From the NCBI RefSeq assembly GCF_009914755.1, contig NC_060928.1: DNA of 64,000 nt. One strand, 5' to 3'. The notes under the pieces were generated by a model. The model did no database searches. It was not told the DNA's origin and worked only from the letters and a program-made list of their open reading frames with translations. The DNA is from the human T2T-CHM13v2.0 reference genome, Homo sapiens. The position numbers and the translations under genes are program-made. Shown here in pieces: positions 13,855 to 25,619 of this stretch. The first letter of the stretch is position 1; each line of letters starts with the position of its first letter.

Positions 13855-16380
13855 CCTAGCAAAATTAAGACAAAATATCTTGAATGATTTCCTTAAATAT
13901 ATTTTCCAGGTTGTTTGCTTTTTCTTCTTCTCTCTCAGAAATGCGAATAATTTATACATTTGGTTGCACTTTACATAATCCCATGTTTCTCGAAGACTTT
14001 GCTCATTTTTAAAATTCTTTAATCTTTATTTTTGTCTGACTGGGTTAGTTTGTAAAACTGGTCTTCAAGCTGTGAAATCTTTTCTTTTGTTTTTTTGGCT
14101 TGAGCTTGTCTATCGATAACATTTTCAATTGTATTTTGATATTCCTTAAGTGAGTTTATTTTAATTCCATAAACTATAAATTTTTTAATGATGGTTATCT
14201 CTTTCTTCATTTCTTGGATTGCTTTAGAAGTTTCTTTGTGTCAATTTTCAACCTTGTCTTGGATCTTGTTGAGCTTCCTTGCAGTCCGTTCTTTGAATTC
14301 TTTATCTGTCATTTCTGAGTTTCACTTTGGTTAGTGATCATTGTTAGAAAACTAATGTGAACCATTGGTAGTGTCACTACATTCAGATTTTTCATGGTAC
14401 TATAATTCTTGTGCTGGTTTATTTTCATCTGAATAAACTGGCACTTCTAATTTTTATAATTATTTTCATGTGGGTGGGATTTTTTTCTTTCTTTTCTACA
14501 TATATATATTTTATTTTCCTTTCCTTTCTGCCTTCCTAGGAATTGTGACTATAGAGGATGTTGAGTAGGGTCTTTTGACTTTGCCTTTATAGCCTTAGGC
14601 ACCTCTGTTGGCAGGTTTTATATTATGCTGTGCAATTCAACCCACAAGGCAGTAGATGGAAGTTATGGGAAAGAGCTGGCTGTGGCCCAGACAGCTGGGT
14701 ATATACTGGATTCTTGTTTACTGGGAGAAGCTCTCTGTTGCCTCAGGCAATAGGCTGATCTATAAAGTGCACAGTGGTCTCAGCTCCCTTCTCAGCCCTG
14801 GTAAAGTTGTGGGAGAAGATGGGCCAGGATGAACCAAGCAGGCTTATCTACCTGTTCCCTGATGGCAGACCTATTGATCTTCTTCCTCAAACATCAGCGT
14901 TGAGGAAGAATCAAGTGGGTGGCCACCAAGCATGCAGAGGTGTGCCAAGGCATGGAGCTGGGAAACCTCCTTGGCCCCAAGTTCTCTGCACAGGGGGAGG
15001 GTGAAGAGAGTGGGTGCTCCAGATGTCTGGAGATCTGTCTGAGCATGAAATAGGGAGGAACCCACTTCATCACAATCTGCACTAGAAGGATATAGTGGCT
15101 TAGGCTGCTAATCCACATGCGAAGGTGTCCAACTCTCTAGAGATATACCTAAGTGTGGGGCAGCCAGGACCTCGCTTCACCGCAGTCTCTGTACAGGAAG
15201 AGTGGGCAGGCCCAGGCTGCTGATTTAGGTGAGCAAATGCTTCAAATGCCTGAAAATCTGCCTGGGCTGGAGCAGAGAGGGGCCTCATATACTCAGATCT
15301 CTGCACAGTAAGGGTGGAGCAACTCAGGCTGCTGTTCTATGTGAGCAGGTGCTTTGAATGCCTGGAGATCTGATCTGCCTTGGTGCAGAACAGAGGTGGT
15401 CCCCCTGTACCATGATTTATGCCCAGGAAGGGTGGGGTGGGTCAGTCTGCTGGCAGGTGAGTGAGTGCTCTGAGTGCCTGGAGATCTGCCTGGATGGATC
15501 AGGCAATGGGTTGCCTGGGGATCTGCCTGGGGCCCCACCTGCACCAAGATCTCTGCACAGAAAGGGTCACGCTGCTCAGGATGTCAGTCTATGCCTCTGG
15601 GTGCTCTGAATGCCTGGAGATTAATGCCTGGAGTTCTGCCTGGGGCCGGAGCAGAGGGTGCACTACTGTACCATGATCTCAGGAGAGCACCCGTAGACTC
15701 ATTCCAGGTCACCAAGCTGTCCCTGACTGCAAGCCTTGTCACCCAGGAGAAATCACAGCTGTAGCAGCTCTCCTCCCACCTCAGGCCTGTGAAAAAGGGA
15801 GAGTACAATTCCATCACCTACTACTGTGGCATTTACCACCACTCTGGCTGTGGAGCCCCCTGCTCCACTCCAGAGCAAATGCTCCAGCCTCCGGCCCTAG
15901 ACCTTCCTGTGGCCTGCATGGCCACAGTACCAGGTCACCAAAGAATGACTGACTTTGTAGGTGCTTGGATTAAATATGGCATCCTGTTTTCGTCCTAGGT
16001 CTGAGAAAATGCCTGCAACTTATCCCAGTGTCTTTCTCTTTCAGTGACCTCAAGCCTCTTCCCAAGTTAGCTCCCTAACTTAGAGAAGCAAAGTGTTTTA
16101 TCTTTGCTTGGGATGCTAGGGTCCCTACTGGAAAGGTGAGTCACAAAAGGAGGCTCCCCTTTTTCCTCGTGTACTGGGGCTTTGCTCCTATCAGCTAGCC
16201 ACCATCATGAGGGCTGTTTGCTCGTATTTTCCTGCCTGGGATCTGGGGTGTCCTTCACAATTCTGGAGGATTCCAATTTTCCATCTTGAATTAAAGCGAA
16301 CAGAGCTGATCTTTATGAACTGTCTTGCTATTTCCAAGTGGCTGAGGCACACTGAAAGCCTCTAATCCACCATCTGGGAA
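13855..16380 (-). mobile_element. L1 5'UTR plus N-terminal ORF1, same orientation as the adjacent 3' piece
   Basis: ORF 14019..14210(-) NSLKEYQNTIEN...EKISQLEDQFYKLTQSDKNK resembles the ORF1p coiled coil. GC-richer UTR follows and ends in (sense) CAGATGGTGGATTAGAGGC, a YY1-type L1 5' start. Confidence 0.85.
15010..15685. repeat. Degenerate ~110-120 bp tandem array inside the L1 5'UTR
   Basis: TGCCTGGAGATCTG-like anchor recurs at ~15024, 15133, 15247, 15359, 15476 and 15611, with partial extra copies at ~15512 and ~15625. Confidence 0.8.
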
Positions 16381-16419
16381 GGAAACAAACAAACAAAAAA
16401 ACCAACTTAAACGTTTGTC

Positions 16420-16662
16420 AACTTTTACTCATCTTTCAGGTTTTAGCTTGGAGCTAACTTTCATCATCTCATGACTGAGTTAGACATTCTTTCAATGTTT
16501 ACCCATAGCAACCCTACGCTTCTGTATTGCAATGTTTAGTGTATTTCTCTTTTTCACACTTCAGTGTAAGTTTCTGGAGGGCAGAAACCATGTCAGGTCC
16601 ACTGGTGTGTCCCCAGGCCCTAGTAGATGCTCAGTAAATATCTGTGGAGGGTGGAATAAATG
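16420..16662 (+). mobile_element. L2 3' end
   Basis: TGTAAGTTTCTGGAGGGCAGAAACCATGTC...TAGTAGATGCTCAGTAAATATCTGTGGA. Confidence 0.75.
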
Positions 16663-17056
16663 TTCTCAGATTTACCTTCATCCTATACATCACATTGGAC
16701 CAGTGCATTGAGCCAAGTTTTTGCCTTAATCCTCTTTCCTAGGTTTGGACTATTCTGCCTTGTTCTTAACAGTATTCTTTTTGGGGACCTCGTGTCATAC
16801 CCAGAAGAATAATTAGGCACCTGCTCCCTGAGGGTAGATCTTTAGGATAAGAAAAAATATGTCTGCGTGACCTTTGTGCTCTATCCACGTAATCGGAGAT
16901 CCCTGTGCCGAAGTTTTCTTGTAATTGCACGTAAGGCTTATATGATTCTTATTCTAACTAAGCAAAATTTGTGGCTGTAACTCAACCATCCTGGAAGCTT
17001 GCTCAAGTACTAGATAACAACATTTAACAGAAAGGAATCTTTACAGGTGATATGAC

Positions 17057-17235
17057 TCAATAGCTCTCAAACATGGTTGTGCAGTCGAATCAGCTGGGGA
17101 ATGTTTGAAACGTACAAATTCTGGTTCTTCCACAGACCCACAGAATAAAAATTTTCCAAGGGTAGGGCCGAGGAATTTTGAGTTTTAAAAATATTCCCTG
17201 GTGATTTTTATATACAGCCAGTTTAGAAACCACGG
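17057..17235. mobile_element. MER5A/B MITE (hAT-Charlie)
   Basis: CAATAGCTCTCAAAC...GAATCAGCTGGGGA...TTCCCTGGTGATT...GTTTAGAAACCACGG with imperfect terminal inverted repeats. Confidence 0.75.
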
Positions 17236-17534
17236 TTTTTTTTTTTAATTTTCATATTCTGTTTCAAGGATCAGTACAATGAATCCTGAACTTGGAAAAT
17301 ATATTTCTTCATAAAGTAGGGAAAAGAGATAGTTTAAAACAGTATCAAATAACTGCCTAATTTTTCTTCAGAAAGTGAGATAAAAAGTATGTATCAGACA
17401 AAATTAATGATGATATTCTAGAAAATGAACCAAAATTCAAATAGCTAAGGTAAAAGGCTACTTTCATTTTTTTTTCTAAAGACAATTACCAAAGTTTCCA
17501 GTGCCTTCCCCATTTCACCTCGTTTGTTTATTAT

Positions 17535-17895
17535 ATCACTAACAATTATTTATTCAGGGCCTGTTACTGAGCAGACATTATTCTAGGTGTTAAGAATGTA
17601 AGAATGAGCAAAATTTGATCAAGTCTTGTACTTACACGGCTTAATTTTTAGTAAGAACAAAAGACCAATAAATCAATAAACATATAAATGATGAGTTTAT
17701 CTTAAAATATTAAGTTCTATAAAGAAGAATAAGGCAAAATGAAAGCATAGAGTATTGCTGTTTTATCTAGGGTGATCAGAGAAGGCATCTCTAAGAAGGT
17801 GGCAGATGAGCAGAGGGACCCGAACAAAGTGCTTAAGAGAGAGTTGCAGGCCACTTAGAGAAAAGTAAGCTCTAAAGGACTGAGGCAGCAGTGCA
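17535..17895 (-). mobile_element. L2 fragment
   Basis: CAATTATTTATTCAGGGCC...TAGGGTGATCAGAGAAGGCATCTCTAAGAAGGTGGC is antisense L2a-like. Confidence 0.75.
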
Positions 17896-17914
17896 TGCTT
17901 TTATGAGAGAGCAA

Positions 17915-18075
17915 CAATTTGGTCAGTCATTTACCCCTTCTGAACCTCAATTTTCTTATTTGTCAAACGGAATGATAATTCTGCTTTGCCTAGTTTTAAG
18001 AGGAAGGCTGTGTATTGAATTAAGCAATCAATGTACATAAATATTCTTAGTAAAAGCAAAAGCACCATGCAAAGG
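17915..18075 (+). mobile_element. MIR
   Basis: GTCATTTACCCCTTCTGAACCTCAATTTTCTTATTTGTCAAACGGAATGATAAT. Confidence 0.7.
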
Positions 18076-18144
18076 GAATCTGTCAAGTATTAATATGCTA
18101 ATGCCGATCAATGTCGCTTTCACCCAGAATAAAAAGCACAATTT

Positions 18145-18350
18145 TAGATACACCAGAGCTGAAAGGAACCTCAGGAAACCTACTTACCTGCTCTAGGCTT
18201 TGAAGTTGAAGCGACGTTATTAACCTACTTTTCAGGTCATAAAATTTCATCCCAGAAAAATTAAGTGACTTGCCCAAGGTGACATGGCTAGTTAGGACTG
18301 GAAGGGATCTGGTAACTTGGTTTTCTGCTTTGTGAGGTAGGGTGCTTTAT
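18145..18350 (-). mobile_element. MIR/MIR3 fragment
   Basis: AGAGCTGAAAGGAACCTCAGG and AAGTGACTTGCCCAAGGTGACATGGCTAGT. Confidence 0.65.
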
Positions 18351-19249
18351 ACTAGAGACTTTTTTGGGGTACCATCTTATTCAGTCATTTTGGCTCTCAA
18401 AGTCCCTCTAATGTGTTTAAACATCAAGCACTGGTGAAGAAAATGCAATCCAGTCTCTCCGCAGGCACTGTCCAGGCTCAGAAGTGGGGACAGAGAGCCT
18501 TCCGGTCCCATTGCTAAGATCATAAATATCTCTCTTGCTGAATTAGCCTGGGGGCTGCAATCCTTGACTCCAGAAAATGACTTCTGCAGCTGGGCCTTCC
18601 ATCACTGTTAAGTGATATACATCATCATCTGTTATGGATTGGCCAACGTAAAAAAGCTCCTGTGTGCACAAATATTGAGTCATTTTACTGAGAAATGGGA
18701 TTTGAGAAATTGCCCAATGTCATCCTTACTGTAGCCCCTCCCCAAGAAATGGATACACATGACTTGGTCTGAGAATGCTATGGTTTAGAAAAACTCCATT
18801 GGCCTGGAACTAAGAGAGCTGACTTCATGATTTTGGGGTGATTAAATCTGTCAGCGAATTCCTTGCAGGAAAAAGTCCTAGAGGGCAGATACCATATTGG
18901 TTTATCCTGCATAGAGCCCTGGTGAGCAAATTACATAGAAAGGATAGCATAATAATGCAATCTGTTTGTGGAAGAACTGGTCAATTTGGAAAGCTGCCTT
19001 AACTCATGCTTAACTCAACACTTGTGGACCTTTGAGTAAATTATTGCCTCACTGGGAGCAGCTGGCTCATTAGGCTGCCACATATACAGCAACGATGGCT
19101 TTATATTTCCATTCCTAGGAATGTTTGATAGATATTAATGGACTCTATTAAAGACTAGAGGCAGGAAGGATGTCTATTAGAAAGATAGCCCTCCATTTTA
19201 TTTTACTGGCTGTGCTTTCAATCTCTCAACTCTCAGGGGGAAAAGACAT

Positions 19250-19351
19250 ATTCACTGAATGCCTACTATGTGTCAGTTGCTTTGCATAGGATTTTACTCA
19301 TCGACTCTTACTGACAATCTCCATTTTCTAAATTAGGGTACTAGTGCTGTC
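19250..19351 (-). mobile_element. MIR, left part (resumes at ~19915-20010)
   Basis: ATTCACTGAATGCCTACTATGTGTCAG...TCTCCATTTT. Continues as GACTCAGAGAAAAAAGGAACTTGCTCAATGTCACACAG after the MLT2 insert. Confidence 0.65.
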
Positions 19352-19914
19352 TGTATTAATCAGGATTCTTCAGATAAACAGAAACAACAGGAGGTCGATA
19401 TCTATATCTATATCTATATCATCTATCTATATTGGTATCTAGCTATTATAAGGAATTGGCTCTTGTGAGTATGGAGCTTAACAAGTTCCAAGATGTGCAG
19501 TGCAGAGAACCAAGAGAGCCCATGGTGTAGCTCTAGTCTGAGTCTGAAAGCTGGAGTATCAGGAGAGTCAATAGCTTAAGTTCCAGTTTAAAGGTGGGCA
19601 GGCTGGAGACCCAAGAAGAGTCCATGTTTTAGTCTGAGCCTGAAGGCTGGAAAACACCAATGTCTCAGCTCAGCTGCCAGGCGGAAGGAGTGTTCCCTCC
19701 TACTCAGCCTTTTTTTTCTCTCTTATTCAGGTTTTCAATTGATTGCAGTGAGGCCCACCCATATTAGGGAGGGCAATCTGCTGTACTCAGTCTACTGATT
19801 CAGATGTTAATCTCATCCAGAAACACCCTGACAGACACACCCAGAATAATGTTTGACTAAATGTCTAGGCATCTCATAGCCTAGTAAAATTGACACATAA
19901 AATTAACCATTACA
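19352..19914 (-). mobile_element. MLT2B LTR (ERVL)
   Basis: TGTATTAATCAGGATTCTTCAGATAAACAGAA...ATCCAGAAACACCCTGACAGACACACCCAGAATAATG...TTGACACATAAAATTAACCATTACA. Confidence 0.9.
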
Positions 19915-20424
19915 GACTCAGAGAAAAAAGGAACTTGCTCAATGTCACACAGATCTGGGTGAACATATTTCTGTGCCTCAAAGCTTGAATCTTTTCCTTG
20001 TACCTCACTGCCCCTAACTCCTTCCTAACTTGTCTCTCTGTGTGGAACAGTATGTTTTAATAATGTGACTTGTTTTCTAACTACTTCAGGAGCTACCCCT
20101 ACAAGTTTATCTTACTTTTCTCCAACATTAAAATTCCAACTCATTTAAACTCATGTCATTTTCAATGATGTATTTATGATCGATTGTATATATGTGACTA
20201 TAACTTATATTGTATCAACATCCTACAGCAACTCCTATCCTGCTTCTGTACCTGTCCTCTACTCATTACTCGAATGTTTTTAATTTCCTACCAAATGCTG
20301 GAAATTGTGCTGAATACTAATAACATAGAAGTAATACAAATACTAGTCATAGTTATTATGTATTGGGTATTACTGTGTGCCAGACATGTTTTAACTATTT
20401 ATACATATTAGTTCATGATGGTCC

Positions 20425-20832
20425 TTACAGAGCTACCATTCTGCCCTTTGTTCCAGGAGACTAACCAGCATGGGCTACATCAAAAAGGCTGCCATCTACT
20501 TTCTGCTGGGTAGGGGCACCAGAGAGACTTGTCAGAAACTAGAAGGAAGGTAGAGTGCGAAATCTGAGTGTTAATTCCCTGGCTTCATCAAAGGACACTG
20601 GTCTTCACAAGGAAACAGACTACATGATTCTCCTTTTGGGCTTCAGTAAAAACCCCCTCCTTTCATCCCTTAGTCTAGGGATGGTAAGAGGTCAGCAGCT
20701 AAGAATTCTAGGTTCTTTGTGGTTTTCCCGTATACATGTCTTTGATGATAGCCCCTTTGGAAATAAATTCTCCTAGACTTTTTTTTAGGGTGATTGGGTC
20801 ATTGTTTTTTCTCCTGGAACCCTGAGTCCTCA
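20425..20832 (+). mobile_element. LTR33-family LTR inserted in an antisense MIR (MIR ~20345-20420 and ~20835-20990)
   Basis: CCAGGAGACTAACCAGCATGGGCTACATC and 3' end GTCATTGTTTTTTCTCCTGGAACCCTGA. MIR halves lie on both sides. Confidence 0.6.
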
Positions 20833-21384
20833 AATCAACCCTATCTGAAATGTGCCATTATTGCTACATTTTATAATAGAGGAAGACAGATGGCTTATAT
20901 AATTTGATGAAGATCACATGTTTTGTAAGAAGAGCTGGGATTGGAACTGTAGCAGTCTAGCTTTTCAGATCATGCTCTTAATCACCACAATAAGTATCAA
21001 TAAGTGTCAATAATCACTATAATAAGTGGCATTGTAGCATAATGACACTCTACTTAGAGCAATAGCTTAGTTCAAGTCATCTTTTCCTATGAAACTTTCC
21101 ATTTATTTGACTATTACTGTTTCATAGAACCTACCCCTCAAGTTTATTGAGGGTCATACTTAAATTTTCTATGCTTATGCTCTTTTTTAATACTCACAGA
21201 AAGAGTGTACCTATCTAGGGGGCAGAGACTACAGGTTCAGTTTTTTAACCCACGGCAAGTAGTCCTATCCTGAGAACATGGTACAAATTTAATAAATGTT
21301 TGCTGATTTATTTAAAAGTTTACTTGCACTTTGTAAGTAGCTCAACAAGGAGTATCTTCTTGAATGTGTCAGGAATATGGAAAG

Positions 21385-21555
21385 AATTAGGCTGCCATAG
21401 AGTGGAAAATCTTGGGTCTGGCAGCAACTCCAACTATTCTTTCTTCTTAGCTGTGTGACCTTGGATGAGTCACTTAACTTCTGTGTATCAACATTATCTC
21501 CATGAGAGTAGTTACCATGTTTGTGCCCCATGTATCTTGTGTGAACCTTGGAATC
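21385..21555 (+). mobile_element. MIR
   Basis: TAGCTGTGTGACCTTGGATGAGTCACTTAACTTCTGTG. Confidence 0.75.
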
Positions 21556-21607
21556 TATTAGACATTTGAAAAATATGTGTTAAATAGATAAATGAATGTG
21601 TATTTCA

Positions 21608-23070
21608 AAAATAAACTTTACTTTTAGAAGAGTTTTAGGTGTACAGAAGATAGTACAAAACATTCTCGTATATCCTATACCCAGTTTTCCCTGTTATTAA
21701 CATCTTGCATTAACATGGTACATTTGTTACAATTAATGAATCAATATGTTATTGGTTTATTATTTTGTTAAATCATACTTCATTTCAATTTTCTTAGCTT
21801 TTACCTAATGTCCTTTTTCTGTTCTACATTCCTATCCAGGATACCACATTACTTCAGTTGTCATGTCTCGGGCTTTCTTGGCTCTTGGTGGTCTTGATAG
21901 TTTTATGTATTCTGGTCAGGGTTTTGTGGGCTGCCCCTCTTTTGGGATTTGTCTGTTGTTTTGTCATTATTATACTAGGGTTGTAGATTTCTTGGAGGGA
22001 GAAAACAGAGGTGAAGTTCTGTTAGATGTGAGTTCTAAATTTTCTCTTCAAAGAATCAATATGTTAGTGTGTTCAATTCTTTGCCTTCTACTTTTAAACT
22101 TAACTTCCTCATAGAACAACCTTTTTCAGTTACCTACTCCACCCTGACTCATTCCGATTACCTGCTCTATCGTAACCATTTTTCCCGCCAAACCACTCAC
22201 CCCATCACTCTCTTTAAATTAGCCAGTCGGAATTAGTTTAACCTGTGTGGTCTAACCCTAGCCAATAGGGGAATGACACAGCAGCAGGGGCCACCTGCAT
22301 CAGGGATAAGAACCCCTTCTCCTCCCTTGTCCAAGTGTGCGCTCACCATTGCTTCATCTGTGAGGGCGCACCCTTCTATAGAAGTAAATTGTCTTGCTGA
22401 GGATTAAAAAGAAAATTTTATATTCAAGTGCTATTTCTTTTGTGGCACCAAAACTTTATTTATAACAGTTCATTCTCATCACATTCTATCAGGGGTATAT
22501 ACTATCCTCCTAACTTAATGCTGTTGTCTCTCTGTTGCTGAGGTAATGCTTGTTAGATTCCTCCACTGTACAGTTTTCCCACTTTTCATACTGTGGAATA
22601 AGGTCACTATGTTTAGCCGACACTTAAGGAGTGGTGAGTTATGCCTCACCTTCCTGAGGGTGAAGTATTTACATCAATTATTTGGAATTCTCCTGCATGG
22701 GAGGTCTATCTCTTTTAACCCATTTACTTGATCATTTATTTTAACCAGTATGGACTCATAGATATTTATTTCATTCTATGGGGTATAATCCCATACTACT
22801 TTATTTTGTTGTTCAAATTGTTCCAGGTTTGACCATTGGAAGCTCTTTCAGTTGGCTCTTCTGTCACGTTAATATACCCCATCATTGTGTTTTCGTTTGC
22901 TCTGTGTGTGTGTGTGTGTGTGTTTGTGTTTTGTAAAGAACTTCTTTACTTTTCTTCCACTACAAGATGCTCCAGAGTCACGTGGTACATCTCCCATCCT
23001 AGCCTTGGAATCAGCCATTTCTTCAAGGAACGTTGGTTCCTTTTATTGGAGAATAGAATTAGAAATAAAG
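21608..23070 (-). mobile_element. L1MC/MD-type 3' fragment interrupted by LTR10
   Basis: GAGTTTTAGGTGTACAGAA...ACATGGTACATTTGTTACAATTAATGAA...CCTTGGAATCAGCCATTTCTTCAAGGA. Sequence is continuous across 22019/22468. Confidence 0.8.
22020..22467 (+). mobile_element. LTR10 (A/F-type, HERV-I group, ERV1) solo LTR
   Basis: TGTTAGATGTGAGTTCTAAATTTTCTCTTCAAAGAATCAATATG...ACTTTATTTATAACA. TG...CA termini and 4-bp TSD GTTC at 22016-22019 and 22468-22471. Confidence 0.88.
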
Positions 23071-23614
23071 ATCTGGATACAAGATACACTCAATAAGTTT
23101 GTCTTTAATGAGGGGAAAGGAAGAGGAAATGTTTCCCAAACAAGGACCTGTTGCTAATAAAAATAACAAAATGACTTGGGGTGCATCACAGGCACTGTCC
23201 ATTTGGATAACATGTAAAAGGTGTTTATGTCTTTACAACTTTCTTCTAATTCTTCTGGTTCAAGGAGAAAACTTCAGTTTGATCCTGGTAATCTCAAGCT
23301 TCAGAATCCCATTTCTAACAGTGTGAAGAAACCTCAGGCTCCATGCCTCTGGCAAGCAAAAATATCGAGCTAGAATTTAGCAATATCATTTTGTTTCATT
23401 AGTAATATTGTTTTGTTTCAATGTATTCATTTGTATTATCACCAACAATTTATGGCAAATTCAACTAATTTTCCACTACAATAGCAATACATACTTTTTC
23501 CCTTAAAATATATTAAGTAAAAACTGTAAGTCAGTTTATAGGAAAAAGGTATTAGTGGTTGGTGCAACATACAGAAAGTGGCGAGTGAATGATTGAGTTT
23601 GGAAAACATTGGAG

Positions 23615-23922
23615 AGTCAGGCACAGTGGCTCACACCTATAATCCCAGCATTTTGGGTGGCTGAGGCTAGAGAATCACTTGGACCCAGGAGTTCAAGTTC
23701 AGCATTGGCAACACGAGGACACTCCTGTTTCTACAAAAAATTTAAAAATTAGCATGGGGTGGTGGCTTGTGCCTGTGGTCCCAGCTACTCAGGAGGCTGA
23801 GGTGGAAGGACCACTTGAGCCCAGGAGGTCAAGGCTGCAGTGAGCTGTGATTGTGCCACTGCACTCCAGCATGAGTGACAGAGTAAGACCCTGTCTCAAA
23901 CAAACAAACAAACAAACAAACA
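23615..23922 (+). mobile_element. AluJ with (AAAC)n tail
   Basis: J-type CCCAGGAGGTCAAGGCTGCAGTGAGCTGTGAT. Flanks AACATTGGAGAG / AACAACTGGAGAG. Confidence 0.92.
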
Positions 23923-24787
23923 ACTGGAGAGAGTAATCTCAAAAATCTCTTGGATCTCTAGAATTTGATATTCTATGTCAACCAGCATCTATTATCTCAC
24001 ACCTGTGGCTGTGTACAATATTTGGGATAGAAAATATTTTGAAATCTGAAGATCAGAGAGAAAGACGTCCTTGTTGAGAGCACTAAAATCTTTACAGTTA
24101 TTTTCTTGTAGCTATTCTCAGCTCCAAAACAGATCTAAGAGCCAGGCGTTGGCAGAGAGGTGAGAAATGCCGCGTAGTGCCTCAAGAGAGCTGTGGCGTT
24201 GGGATCACAGAACTACAAACCAAGGGGAAGGTTGATCCTAATAGCATCAATGGATAGCTTCAAAATATTCATAAAAATTAAAATATAAAGCAAATAATTG
24301 TGACAAGTGTATTTTCTAATTAAGATGAATGGGACATGGTTCTTATGCATTTTAATCTGTTAAATAAACAGCATATTAATAAGGCTTAATGATATCACCA
24401 CATACTTAAAGTGACTTTCTAAAATAAAGTTTATTTTGATTTAACATATGCTTTTTTTTGTATGTTTTTCTAGCACTTTTACAAGCACCATACATAAATA
24501 ACATCTTGAAATAAATCTCTTGGATGTGATCCCCATCTTGATAGAAAATTTTTCCTTTTAATTTATTGGATAATTCAGGATATGTAAAATAATTTTTTAT
24601 TTTTGTGATATGAGTTCTTTCAGCCCTTCCATCTGAATATTGGAGAAATGACCTTCTTATCTTCGGTAGTGTTTCTTTGCAATTCTATTTGTTCTTACCC
24701 ATTCCACATTTAGATGGTCAACATATACTTCTTATTCCATCTCAGAAACAGCTCCCTAGTCTGTCCCCACCTGCCCTTTACATCTAT

Positions 24788-25205
24788 GGAGAATAGCTGC
24801 AGATTCTTTGACCCTTCCTCATCAAGAGTTTGGGTTAATTTCTTCTCCCTTTGCATTTAGGTTGGCTTGTGACCCCATTTTTCACCAACAGAATATAATG
24901 GACACTATTACCTTCAGAGGACTGATGATTTCTACCTTGATCTCTTGAAGCCCCGAGCGTCAATAAGTCTGACCACTACTCACCCTGCTGGAGGAACCAC
25001 ATGGAGAGACTCTGAGACTATAGGGAGAGGGAGAGAAGCTCAGCTGAATCTAACCTTTAGGCCATTTCTGCTAAGAAATCTATCAAGTGAATGAAGCCAC
25101 TCATTTACTCCAAACTAGCCCTGTGTGAACACCTGAGAATCATGAGCATAAGAAATTTTTAAGCCGCTGTTTCAGGGAATATGTATATAATAGATAACCA
25201 AGATA
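24788..25205 (+). mobile_element. MLT1 (H-like) LTR
   Basis: GCTGCAGATTCTTTGAC...CACCAACAGAATAT...GAGAATCATGAGCATAAGAAATTTTTAAGCCGCTG...ATAGATAACCAAGATA. Confidence 0.65.
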
Positions 25206-25612
25206 ATGGATTTTTCAAAATAATGTTTGCCCTTCCCCATAAGAGATTTATAGCTCCCTACTCTCCTGAAGTCCGATTTTGCCACCACTTGATTTCTGGC
25301 ATTCTTCCCTTTGGGGGGATTATACTTCCTTATCTCATTGACATCAGACTTGACCATATGATTCATTTTGGCCAATAAAATGTGAGCAGAAATGAAATGC
25401 CACCATGGCACAGAAGTTTTAGGAGCCATCATGTTGTTCTGTCCCCTACCTTTGCCCTCTACTGAGGGAATAAGAATGCCCCAAATGAGGGATATTCATT
25501 TGGCCTGGCTACTAGAATGTGGAAGGCAAGGAATGGAGGTGCAGCAGACTTACAGCTAACATGTAATGCAGGGAGAAATATTTCTTTGTTGAAAGCCACT
25601 GAGATTTTATTA
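25206..25612 (+). mobile_element. MLT1 (I/J-like) LTR
   Basis: CATTGACATCAGACTTGACCATATGATTCATTTTGGCCAATAAAATGTGAGCAGAAATGA...AAGCCACTGAGATTT. Confidence 0.7.
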
Positions 25613-25619
25613 GGGTCTT

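Noticed and set aside
15010-15685. Periodic repeats as a CRISPR-like array
   Set aside because: The units are degenerate along their whole length with no unique spacers, there are no cas genes, and the context is a primate L1.
14774-15998. Dense overlapping ORFs and raised GC suggesting a gene or CpG island
   Set aside because: They lie within the L1 5'UTR monomer array, CpG is depleted, and no protein similarity is evident.
18180-18195. Strong minus-strand donor-like sites here and at ~45010-45020 and ~55262-55270
   Set aside because: I found no matching strong acceptor at exon distance, and isolated donors are expected by chance.
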